From: an uncultured Fibrobacterota bacterium
GTDB lineage: Bacteria; Fibrobacterota; OXYB2-FULL-49-7; JAEUSG01
Direction of reading: 5' to 3'
DNA length: 64,000 nucleotides
NCBI GenBank assembly: GCA_964590225.1
Contig: CAZPWS010000003.1
Location: 11,899 to 75,898 of the forward strand
Part shown: piece by piece, positions 48,201 to 55,951 of the stretch
How positions within the stretch are numbered: position 1 is the stretch's first letter
Layout of the letters: every line of letters begins with the position of its first letter
The notes under the pieces: generated by a model
Databases searched by the model: none
Told to the model about the DNA's origin: nothing
What the model saw: only the letters and a program-made list of their open reading frames with translations
Position numbers and translations under genes: made by a program

Positions 48201-49865
48201 TCCAAATTTATCATATATTGCCTCTATTGGAGCAAAAAATGAGGTGATACCATTTTTAAGTCTGTGCAACGAATGCTCTGCCGCGACTGGCCGCATTTCC
48301 GATGGACCGATTATCAGGAGATTGGCGCCACCGCTTGATGGTGTTAGAGTTGTATCGCGCCAAAGCCTAATCTTTTCAGGCTTTATTGGCGAGTCAGTTA
48401 TGAAATATTCTGCCGGTGAAGATCGGACATCATAAACTTCTACGGCGCCGTTATAGAAGCGCATTCCTGTATATCGCCGTCCGCCCTTGTCCCATATTTC
48501 CGGAATAAAAGGAAAATTACTGAGTTGCAGGAGGTAGGCCGCTCGTTCCTTAATTGTTGAGGAGTCAACTTTTATTGTCATTCCTCCCGTGCCGGCGTAT
48601 TTGGTTGACGCGTTGTAATCAACTTTTATCCAGTTGAGAAAGAGACAGTCGTTTCGTGAATGGATAACCGATAGTGTGTTGCTTCCTGCTTTTATAGCCG
48701 CGAGAATATCTGGAGATAGTGGTGTTTCAAAAAGTGCAGTTTTTTGTCCTGTCCAGATAAGAGTAGAGTCGCCATTCGCGAGAGATAGTCTTGTATTGTT
48801 AAGAAAAATCTGAACAGCATGCTCTTTTTGTCCATATCCGAAAAAGGCTACCTTTAGGCCGGCGCTTCCCGTAATGTGCGGTGCGCAATCAAGAGAAAAT
48901 GGTATATCTGTCTTTCCTGTGGCATTGGCCGGAGAGCACATACCAACCCACATCCAATAGTCATCCGGCACGGCTTCGATTGTTTCCGGATTTGTATTGT
49001 CGGAGCGGACGCTGTCCGGAGTGCTCACTCTAATTATCCGGTTATCTTCCTCAAGGTGTGCGGAGCGGAAGTGTGAACTTATACGGACTATTTTACGGCT
49101 CTCAGCCGAGTAAGCAGTTGGATCAAAGGGAGATACTAACCCGTTGGAGTCAATGTATTGGGGACCTGCGTAAACAAGGGGCGCTCTTAGTCCGGGTATG
49201 TTATCCCATACAAGATAGTAGCATCGCGAAAAGGTCTGTTCTGCGAAATGAGACCCGTTTATGCCATGCTCATGTGTACCATAAAAGAGGATTTTATCGC
49301 CATCGTTAAAACGGTCGGGGGTGGCGGTTTCAACGACTATGGGAATCTCTTTCCCGTTCGAAAAAAGATGGATGTTTACAGGATTGATTGACGAGGGCGA
49401 GGCTCCAGCAGAAACAATGTCGTTATGGGTAATAGCATAGATTCCTTCGCGGTTTGTCCATATCTTGACGCCTTGTGTCTGCGCAGCTATTGTGGTGCTC
49501 TTTCTTAATGGTGGTTGTTGTACTAAAGCAAGAGCCTCTTTGTCAGGGGTTAGCTGGATTGTTAATTTGCCATTTGAGGGAAATGGTGAACTGCCTTCAT
49601 AGAGCCGTATTCCGCACTGTGTTCCGTTTTTGTTTTGCCATATACCACCAAGAGAACATTCAACCATCCCATATTCGCCGGTTGCCGATGCGGATATCGG
49701 TAAAGATTGGGAGGGAATTGTAACCTTTATCAAAAAGAATTTTCTGCCGTATGTGTCCCTGAGGCGCAAGCCATTTTCAAGGGATTCCTTTGAGAAGTCA
49801 AGTTCAATAGCTGATTTCGCCTGTCCTGCCATAAAGAGAAGAATCAGTATATGGATGATTTTCAT
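45246..49865 (-). CDS. 1539 aa C25-family (gingipain/PorU-like) cysteine peptidase with T9SS C-terminal sorting domain
   Basis: His (FFFGHGGGS) and Cys (FSLTCLTASFEA) about 37 aa apart, as in the C25 catalytic dyad. C-terminus HPNPFGRKTIFAFTI...WDATDKNGRLLPNGTYYVKF, a Por-secretion tail. N-terminal signal peptide. Confidence 0.55.
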   Translation of the reverse strand: MKIIHILILLFMAGQAKSAIELDFSKESLENGLRLRDTYGRKFFLIKVTIPSQSLPISASATGEYGMVECSLGGIWQNKNGTQCGIRLYEGSSPFPSNGKLTIQLTPDKEALALVQQPPLRKSTTIAAQTQGVKIWTNREGIYAITHNDIVSAGASPSSINPVNIHLFSNGKEIPIVVETATPDRFNDGDKILFYGTHEHGINGSHFAEQTFSRCYYLVWDNIPGLRAPLVYAGPQYIDSNGLVSPFDPTAYSAESRKIVRISSHFRSAHLEEDNRIIRVSTPDSVRSDNTNPETIEAVPDDYWMWVGMCSPANATGKTDIPFSLDCAPHITGSAGLKVAFFGYGQKEHAVQIFLNNTRLSLANGDSTLIWTGQKTALFETPLSPDILAAIKAGSNTLSVIHSRNDCLFLNWIKVDYNASTKYAGTGGMTIKVDSSTIKERAAYLLQLSNFPFIPEIWDKGGRRYTGMRFYNGAVEVYDVRSSPAEYFITDSPIKPEKIRLWRDTTLTPSSGGANLLIIGPSEMRPVAAEHSLHRLKNGITSFFAPIEAIYDKFGNGSVNPISIKEYIAHAYTSFNPKPAYLLILGDASELSDKRERGRNIVPTLFTQVNGWGIASADSRLTTVYGDDIFPDIAVGRIPGRSVKEIRDVLIKIQRFENNPDAGTWRNNFFLIGGYENIFTSANNIFHREIISPTFNVVRADADPTSDYFFGTATQTAVSSFFNKGALFTFFFGHGGGSIWSDGRPLPMMDNSSAKSLSNAGVLPIVFSLTCLTASFEAVSEGLTQDLFPPLGETMLLSDKGGCAAFYGASGHSFTISDKLLSEIILTEAASKVHKTVGGLINAAEENMLAAYGAGYFHVIAQYNLLGDPSMPIAYPGKLDDLTLLNPTPLAGDSLHIKVSAATATHGEITIRIYGEDDLLSLQHSTPFNGKTDTVFVPLRPGRDYPNGLIRAILTSGNKISVGEIPFSTGQITVSSALPFILSTNRDTIIKSTYSLGDSIRISCEIKNPNGFTIDSVTLYYEADTAINESVLPSSRIEMLFGNGKFISGAIFLSPAVYGTKRGITYCISVKYRTADNTTRLLRRFFHCKIKTPPDLAFLLKDAIKPMLAGRLVARLRFINQGLSDASPFTVALSINGLNAMTLPYNSVLPSKAIDSLDFPIINADGYLLLQAHLDNSNNILESDKGNNIAQKLIGIRGTILGKLDTVSTAPYGGLSVKTVRKLDTIPITLFQEKADIATTLRPYQNEVRPLGSDSVLTYSVFAASEKPSSDIIFSYQVYSSNQQANTSQTNRYGFFRLDTISSYWHFIEGTIDSLTATVSAIVKTGMFYTPGYTTDAKGPTIRAMSAGRNLDFPDFIPTGAPIDILFEDNSAVDTSTIQLFTQGMLPLSRDRFSVGHSGGAGNAVVSFRPFRKGSDSIYAVAKDINNNRSDTMKVGFTLSSRLALRSFANHPNPFGRKTIFAFTIEDEADVELRIYTFAGYLAKTLSARNILGYQEIAWDATDKNGRLLPNGTYYVKFSAKGKTGNIERIFKIAKAEGR

Positions 49866-49870
49866 AACTC

Positions 49871-50587
49871 TTATGGAAGCCTTAATGGAGCAGCACTTAT
49901 GCCGTAAGCGGTGGTCCCGTTTACAGGGAGTTCAGATATTATGCGAATGCCGTAAGACTGGCCTGTAAGCGAATTCACTGTGAATCCATCCCACAGTTCC
50001 GTAAATGATTCTGATTGACTGTAAACTGGTCTCAAATGCTCTTTCTCGGCAAAGGAAGAGTCCTTGTGTGTAACCGCAATCCGATGCGTAACACCAATTG
50101 GGCCATAAATAGTATAGTTAACAGCTATAAAACCCCCTGTGATATAAACAGAATCAATTTTAGGCGCTTTATCAAGAAGCGTTATGGAGAGTGTATTTGA
50201 TGGTGCGCTAATACTATCATTTACTGATATTGCGAAAAGTCTATAAAATCTTTTTAAAAAGGTACCAGTTGCAGGAACGCTCCACATCCAATCATTATAA
50301 ACTTGCGAAGCAGATGGGACGCTATGTACAAGAAGATTGAAAATAGAATCGCTACCTGCGGAATCTATCCGTATTGTTGCTGGAATTGAGTCTGTATAAG
50401 AAAAATAGATTGCTATGGCCGGCAAGCTATCCTCCTTTGTTGATGGCGCAAGCGATAATATGTGTGGAGCTTCAGGGACTTTTCTTTGGGTTGAGTAGCG
50501 AACGGGCTCAAGGCAGGAAGCGAGCAGAAATAGAGATAGAAAGAGCGCGATTGAATGTGTTTTAATATTTTCCTTAGTAGCGTCCAT
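49871..50587 (-). CDS. lipoprotein (internal Met + lipobox LLASC) currently fused in-frame to upstream ruvX
   Basis: MDATKENIKTHSIALFLSLFLLASC is a canonical lipoprotein signal in the n-h-LxxC form. It begins at Met155 of the 392 aa ORF. Confidence 0.4.
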   Translation of the reverse strand: MDATKENIKTHSIALFLSLFLLASCLEPVRYSTQRKVPEAPHILSLAPSTKEDSLPAIAIYFSYTDSIPATIRIDSAGSDSIFNLLVHSVPSASQVYNDWMWSVPATGTFLKRFYRLFAISVNDSISAPSNTLSITLLDKAPKIDSVYITGGFIAVNYTIYGPIGVTHRIAVTHKDSSFAEKEHLRPVYSQSESFTELWDGFTVNSLTGQSYGIRIISELPVNGTTAYGISAAPLRLP

Positions 50588-51049
50588 GTATTCTCTCAAG
50601 ATTACTGCAGCTGCGGCCCTATCTATTTCCCCTTTGTCTATTTGCCGTTTCTTGTAACCTGCTTTGCCGCACCGTCCTGAATTTATAAGTTTTTGTGCCT
50701 CGAAAGTGCTATATCGTTCATCCTGTCTCTCGATTGGTGTGTTTGGGTAAGTTGATGATAGTGTTCTAATAAAACTATCAACTGCGGCGGTTTTTTCTCC
50801 TTTTTCTCCATCTGTTCGCAGTGGATATCCGATAATAATTTTCTCTACGGAATACTCTTCAACTAAAAAGCCAATCCGCTGTATAGGATCAATTTTAGAC
50901 TTGGTGTCAATCGTCTCAAGGGGAGTTGCAATAAGCCTCGAATTATCGCTTACAGCTATTCCGATTCGTCTCTCACCAAAATCAATGCCGAGTAAAGCAG
51001 CCACCCGCCTCTCGTTACAATCTGGGTTTTTCCGGTCCTGCGTACTCAA
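50588..51049 (-). CDS. ruvX: Holliday-junction resolvase-like RuvX/YqgF domain (no stop codon before downstream lipoprotein ORF)
   Basis: VAALLGIDFGERRIGIAVSD...KIIIGYPLRTDGEKGE...AAAVILREY. Full YqgF domain of about 150 aa. The reading frame continues into the lipoprotein. Confidence 0.55.
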
Positions 51050-51521
51050 GTGCCCGTCTATGACGGTTGTTTTGGTATGCCTTCAGGCCGGTTATGAGTG
51101 CGACGAGAAAGGCCATTATTATAGCAGGAAACATGAAGGTTCTTATGAGAGGAGATTTATCACTGCTTTCGATTATCTCAACCTTTGGAGATGACATGCC
51201 AAGCTCTATCCATCCCATTTCGTTGTTAGGTGGAACAAAAACTCTCGCCCAATATTGACCTACCTGTGCTACCGCAAATTTATCCCCCTTTTTTGCCTGA
51301 ACAAGGATTTCCGATTCCGGTCTTCGCTCCCTATAAATCGGTATGAAAGGAATAAGCACATGGGCAATAAGTTTTTCTTGGTCAATCGCAGCTGGACCGG
51401 ATGAACCTTCTGTTGAGAAAACAGATGTAGTTGCTACCAAAAGCAAAAAAACAATGCTAAGTATCCTCATTTTAGTTTCCCTGTATTTAAAGCCCTTGTA
51501 GAAACATATATATATATTCAT
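51015..51521 (-). CDS. signal-peptide protein with bacterial SH3-like domain and C-terminal TM anchor
   Basis: MRILSIVFLLLVATTSVFS is a signal peptide. KKGDKFAVAQVGQYWARVFVPPNNEMGWIE is SH3b-like. The C-terminal helix is FMFPAIIMAFLVALITGL. Confidence 0.35.
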   Translation of the reverse strand: MNIYICFYKGFKYRETKMRILSIVFLLLVATTSVFSTEGSSGPAAIDQEKLIAHVLIPFIPIYRERRPESEILVQAKKGDKFAVAQVGQYWARVFVPPNNEMGWIELGMSSPKVEIIESSDKSPLIRTFMFPAIIMAFLVALITGLKAYQNNRHRRALEYAGPEKPRL

Positions 51522-52522
51522 CCATTTTGAAAGTGTAGATTAAGAAGTTTTTCCTTAAAACTTTCATGGGCGGATATTTTCATTCTTATTCTGAGTCCAT
51601 AAATGGCTAAATCTATGCCATGAAGTCTGGCTAAATCCTTTTCGGTTGTTAAAAGAGGGATACCCTTGGCCTGTTTTTGCAGGTGCAGTAATTCTTCGGC
51701 ATCAAAAGGATAGTGGTCAGGATATGAGATTGAACCGGCTATTTCAATATTGATTTCACGGGCAGACCGTTCGAATTTATTATGCCCCTCAATTCCAGAA
51801 AAAAGAAAAAATGGCTTGCCAGCAACTGATTGAATCGGAATATTCATTTTTTCCGGAGTAATAACAGAATCTGGCACCCGTTGTGCGGTATAGATTGGAC
51901 CATTAAATCCTTTGGCACGCACAGCAGCTGAAATTGAATTTATATTGTCAATTGGGTAGGATTCTCCTGTAATAATAATTATATCTGCTCTCCCAATGGC
52001 AGAAAGCGGTTCCCGCAACATGCCGTAAGGGAGATATCCCCCTCCAAACGGGTTGTGCACATCGAGCAATAGGATATTCATGTCCCTGTGAAGTTTGCGG
52101 TGCGAGAAACCGTCATCAAGGATGATGGTATGCTGACCAAACTTTTTTAATAGAACAGAGCCACTTTTAAACCGGTCAGCTGCTATCCCTATGGGACAAT
52201 TTAATCTTTCAGATATCAGTTTTGGCTCATCGCCAATTTCTCTATAGGTTAGTTGAGCGGTTTCTTTAACGATATATGGTCTTGCCGATTTTCTCCCGTA
52301 TCCTCTACTAAGTATTGCTATTGGGATTCCAGCTTCCTTAAGTATCTCGCCTATTGCTATAACTATGGGGGTTTTACCCGTCCCGCCTGAAGTTATGTTT
52401 CCTACTGAAATTACCTTTGTGGGAAGTTTTCTTACCGGCAGAGCGTTAAAATCGTATAACTTTTTTCGTACGGTCGAAGCTATGGCGAATGGTATTGAAG
52501 AGAGAAAAAGGCCGCCGCGCAT
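51518..52522 (-). CDS. lpxK: tetraacyldisaccharide 4'-kinase
   Basis: VISVGNITSGGTGKTPIVIAIGEIL...ILSRGYGR, the LpxK P-loop. Confidence 0.8.
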   Translation of the reverse strand: MRGGLFLSSIPFAIASTVRKKLYDFNALPVRKLPTKVISVGNITSGGTGKTPIVIAIGEILKEAGIPIAILSRGYGRKSARPYIVKETAQLTYREIGDEPKLISERLNCPIGIAADRFKSGSVLLKKFGQHTIILDDGFSHRKLHRDMNILLLDVHNPFGGGYLPYGMLREPLSAIGRADIIIITGESYPIDNINSISAAVRAKGFNGPIYTAQRVPDSVITPEKMNIPIQSVAGKPFFLFSGIEGHNKFERSAREINIEIAGSISYPDHYPFDAEELLHLQKQAKGIPLLTTEKDLARLHGIDLAIYGLRIRMKISAHESFKEKLLNLHFQNG

Positions 52523-52524
52523 AA

Positions 52525-53412
52525 CTATCTTCTATTGCGGAATTTTCCGCCTCTTTTGGGTTTCTTCGCTTTAACAATAAGCGATAGTTTAACGGGCTGT
52601 TCGAAGTAGTCTCTTAACCGTTTTTGTGCGAAGAGCCGAATCTTTTTGATAAAGGAACCCTTGTCACCAATAAGCATTCCTCTATGTCGTTCATTTTCGA
52701 CATTGATCAAGGCGTCGATAGAAATTCCAGTATCACTGTTATCTCTAATTTCTTCTATTGTAACAGTTGTGTGGTAGGGAATTTCCTTTTCTGTGTTTAG
52801 ATATATCTGTTCTCTAATAAACTCGGCAGCGGCAAACGAGTCGTCCATGTCTGTAATTTCTTCGGCTTCGTAAATGAAGTTGTTTTCTGGCGCGTATTTT
52901 TTTAGAAGAGAGATTAGTGTGTCAACATTATCTCCCGTTAACGCGCTAATGGGAATAAATTCTGCCACTTTAGTCCACTTTGAAATAGCATCCACAATGG
53001 GAATAGCCTTTATATTGCTTGATAAATCCATTTTGTTTAGCGCAACTATTACGGGCTTATTCAGCTTTTCAATAGATTTAAGAATTGTCTTATCGTTTTC
53101 GCCAAGCCCTTTAATCATATCGATAACAAAAAGGATAATGTCTGTTTCGTGAGCGGCGTGTTCGGCAACCCTATTGACTCTGGCTGCTCGTTCGCCGATA
53201 GGTTTTCCTATTCCTGGCGTGTCGTAAAACAACAATTGGCAGTTTTGTTCAGTAAGTATGCCAAGGATCCTGTTTTCGGTTGTTTGTGGTTTGTCTGTAA
53301 CTATGGATATCTTTTTGTTGACTAAGCGGTTTATGAGAGTCGATTTTCCCGCATTGGGACTTCCCATGATAGCAATTGCAGCGCTGAATTTCTTGTCGGT
53401 GGGCGATTCCAC
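52525..53412 (-). CDS. era: GTPase Era
   Basis: AIAIMGSPNAGKSTLINRLVNKKISIVTDKPQTT...DTPG...NKMD. C-terminal KH domain. Confidence 0.85.
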   Translation of the reverse strand: MESPTDKKFSAAIAIMGSPNAGKSTLINRLVNKKISIVTDKPQTTENRILGILTEQNCQLLFYDTPGIGKPIGERAARVNRVAEHAAHETDIILFVIDMIKGLGENDKTILKSIEKLNKPVIVALNKMDLSSNIKAIPIVDAISKWTKVAEFIPISALTGDNVDTLISLLKKYAPENNFIYEAEEITDMDDSFAAAEFIREQIYLNTEKEIPYHTTVTIEEIRDNSDTGISIDALINVENERHRGMLIGDKGSFIKKIRLFAQKRLRDYFEQPVKLSLIVKAKKPKRGGKFRNRR

Positions 53413-53419
53413 TTTATTC

Positions 53420-54541
53420 TTATTTGCCCTTTTTCATCATAGCGGTAAATGTTTCAAAGAGATATCTCGAATCGTGAGGTCCTGGCGCAGATTCCGGATG
53501 ATATTGAACAGAAAAAGCCTTATACTTTTTGCTTTTTATTCCCTCTATTGTTTTGTCGTTAAGGTTGATGTGGGTGACCTCAATGTTTTTACCCCGAAGC
53601 GAATTTGCATCTGAACAGAAACCATGGTTCTGTGAAGTAATCTCTATGGCGCCTGTCTTGATATTTTTGACAGGGTGATTACCACCCCTATGGCCGAATT
53701 TAAGTTTGTATGTTTTTCCGCCAAGTGCAATTGTAAGAATCTGGTGACCCAGGCAGATTCCAAATATTGGCAGTTTTCCTAACAGGCTCTTTACCGTTTC
53801 TATTGCGTAGGTTACTGCTGCAGGATCGCCAGGACCATTAGAAAGGAAGACTCCATTTGGTTTCATCGCCATAATCTCTTTTGCGGTAGTAGTAGCAGGC
53901 ACTACAGTTACAGAGCAGCCATGCGAAACAAGAAGCCGGAGTATATTCCGTTTAATACCAAAGTCCAGTACCACAACTTTATATTGTGGTTTTGTAAAGT
54001 TATTTTTGTTGTTTCCAACAATATCAATAAGAGGCTTATCCCATTTGTAGCTCTTTTTACAGGAAACCTCTTTTGCGAGGTCGCGACCGGCCATTTTGGG
54101 GTATTTGGCCAGTTTCTCCAGAAGTATCTCAGTAGAATCATCCTTTGTTGAAATAATTCCGTTCATTGCCCCTTTTTCACGAATATGCTTTACAAGCATT
54201 CTGGTATCGATACCATCGATTCCCATAACTCCCGATTCTTTCAAGTAGTCAGAAAGGCTTTTCGTTGAACGCCAATTGCTAACCGCCGCGCTATTTTCTT
54301 TTACAATAAACCCCGCAGCCTGTATTCTTGACGATTCTGCGTCGGATGGATTTGTGCCGTAGTTCCCCTGCAATGGGTATGTCATTGTCACTATTTGGTC
54401 GCGATAGGATGGGTCAGTAAGAATTTCTTGGTATCCGCACATGGCGGTATTAAATACCACTTCACCACATTTTTCCCCTTCGGCACCGAAGCTTTTACCG
54501 ATAAATTTTGTTCCATCTTCAAGTAATAGTACAGCTTTCAT
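53420..54541 (-). CDS. carA: carbamoyl-phosphate synthase small (glutaminase) subunit
   Basis: MKAVLLLEDGTKFIGKSFGAEGEKCGEVVFNTAMCGYQEILTDPSY... and GATase catalytic GICLGHQ. Confidence 0.85.
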   Translation of the reverse strand: MKAVLLLEDGTKFIGKSFGAEGEKCGEVVFNTAMCGYQEILTDPSYRDQIVTMTYPLQGNYGTNPSDAESSRIQAAGFIVKENSAAVSNWRSTKSLSDYLKESGVMGIDGIDTRMLVKHIREKGAMNGIISTKDDSTEILLEKLAKYPKMAGRDLAKEVSCKKSYKWDKPLIDIVGNNKNNFTKPQYKVVVLDFGIKRNILRLLVSHGCSVTVVPATTTAKEIMAMKPNGVFLSNGPGDPAAVTYAIETVKSLLGKLPIFGICLGHQILTIALGGKTYKLKFGHRGGNHPVKNIKTGAIEITSQNHGFCSDANSLRGKNIEVTHINLNDKTIEGIKSKKYKAFSVQYHPESAPGPHDSRYLFETFTAMMKKGK

Positions 54542-55936
54542 TTATTCTCTCTCTAAAATGTGTTTGGTTGTTGAAGAGTTTCCCATAGGGTATTTCCCTG
54601 AAAAGCAGGCATAGCAGTAATTATTAAAATCGTCCCCCGCGCATTTCATAAGACCTTTTATAGAAAGATATCCAAGAGAATCAGCACCGAGATACCGCCG
54701 AGTTTCTTCAATAGTTTTATTTGAGGCAATTAATTCATCTTTGCTTGGAAAGTCCATTCCGTAAAAGCATGGGTTGCCAATTGGGGGAGAAGAAACCCTG
54801 ATGTGTACCTCTTTTGCTCCAGCTGAGTAAAGGAGTGAGACAAGTTGTTTTAGCGTTGTTCCACGGACAATAGAATCTTCTACAATTACTACTCGTCTAT
54901 CTTTTAATACGCCTCTTACAGGATTAAATTTAAGCTTAACCTTTGCGTCTCTATCACCTTGAACAGGGCTTATAAATGTCCTGCCAACATAGTGGTTTCT
55001 AATAAGTCCTATTTCGAACGGTATGCCAGATGCTTTTGCGTAACCAAGCGCTGCTGTATTGCTGCTGTCCGGGACAGAGATTACTATGTCTGCTTTTGCC
55101 GGATGCTCTCTTGCAAGCTCGCTACCAAGAGCTCTTCTGACTCTGTCAACGCTATGCTTGAATATACGCGAGTCCGGCCGCGAAAAGTAAATAAACTCAA
55201 AGATGCAGTGCGCTTTGGTTTTTTGTTTTGAAAATGTAATTGATTTTAAACCAGAAGGTCCAATAATGAGCATTTCCCCAGGTTCAATGTCTCTCTCGTA
55301 TGTTGCGCCCATAATATCAAGGGCGCATGTTTCTGAGGCAACCACGAATGTATCTTTATATCGTCCAAGACAGAGCGGGCGGACACCAAAGGGATCGCGA
55401 GCAGCAATCAGCTGTTTAGCAGACAAAAAAACAAGCGAGTATGCCCCCCTTATTTTTTTTAGGGCATCGACGATGGTGTCGGGAAGGCTCTTTTTATAAG
55501 AACGGGCTATTAAATGCAGAAAAACCTCGCTGTCGTTTGTAGAGTGAAATATGGATCCGCTCTTTTCCATGTTCTTGCGGAGTTCTCCTGCGTTAACAAG
55601 ATTTCCGTTGTGTGCAACGGCAAGTTGGCCGCCCTTGTAGCTTACAAGGATTGGCTGTGAATTGATAAGATTGGAGCTTCCCGTAGTCGAATATCTTGTA
55701 TGAGCGATTGCAATGTTTCCGCTGAAATTATCCACCCTTCCCATTTTCCGGACCATGTTTGAAACAAGTCCCTGTGTCTTGTAACATTTGATTGTTGCTC
55801 CGTTGCTCACAGCAAGTCCGGCGCTCTCCTGTCCTCTGTGCTGGAGAGCATGAAGTCCCAGCGAAGCCATGCTTACAGCATCTTTCGAGCCGTAAACACC
55901 TACTATACCACACTCTTCGTGAAATTTGTCGGTCAC
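54542..55936 (-). CDS. purF: amidophosphoribosyltransferase
   Basis: N-terminal Cys nucleophile MTDKFHEECGIVGVYG and PRTase motif VVIVEDSIVRGTT. A C-terminal Cys cluster is present. Confidence 0.85.
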   Translation of the reverse strand: MTDKFHEECGIVGVYGSKDAVSMASLGLHALQHRGQESAGLAVSNGATIKCYKTQGLVSNMVRKMGRVDNFSGNIAIAHTRYSTTGSSNLINSQPILVSYKGGQLAVAHNGNLVNAGELRKNMEKSGSIFHSTNDSEVFLHLIARSYKKSLPDTIVDALKKIRGAYSLVFLSAKQLIAARDPFGVRPLCLGRYKDTFVVASETCALDIMGATYERDIEPGEMLIIGPSGLKSITFSKQKTKAHCIFEFIYFSRPDSRIFKHSVDRVRRALGSELAREHPAKADIVISVPDSSNTAALGYAKASGIPFEIGLIRNHYVGRTFISPVQGDRDAKVKLKFNPVRGVLKDRRVVIVEDSIVRGTTLKQLVSLLYSAGAKEVHIRVSSPPIGNPCFYGMDFPSKDELIASNKTIEETRRYLGADSLGYLSIKGLMKCAGDDFNNYCYACFSGKYPMGNSSTTKHILERE

Positions 55937-55951
55937 TTTTGCAACCTCCCT

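Noticed and set aside
49871-51049. The RuvX-fusion ORF as PorV/LptO, the usual neighbour of PorU
   Set aside because: PorV is an about 390 aa FadL-like beta-barrel with an N-terminal signal peptide. This ORF begins with a cytoplasmic YqgF nuclease domain, and the lipoprotein part (about 215 aa mature) is too short for that barrel.
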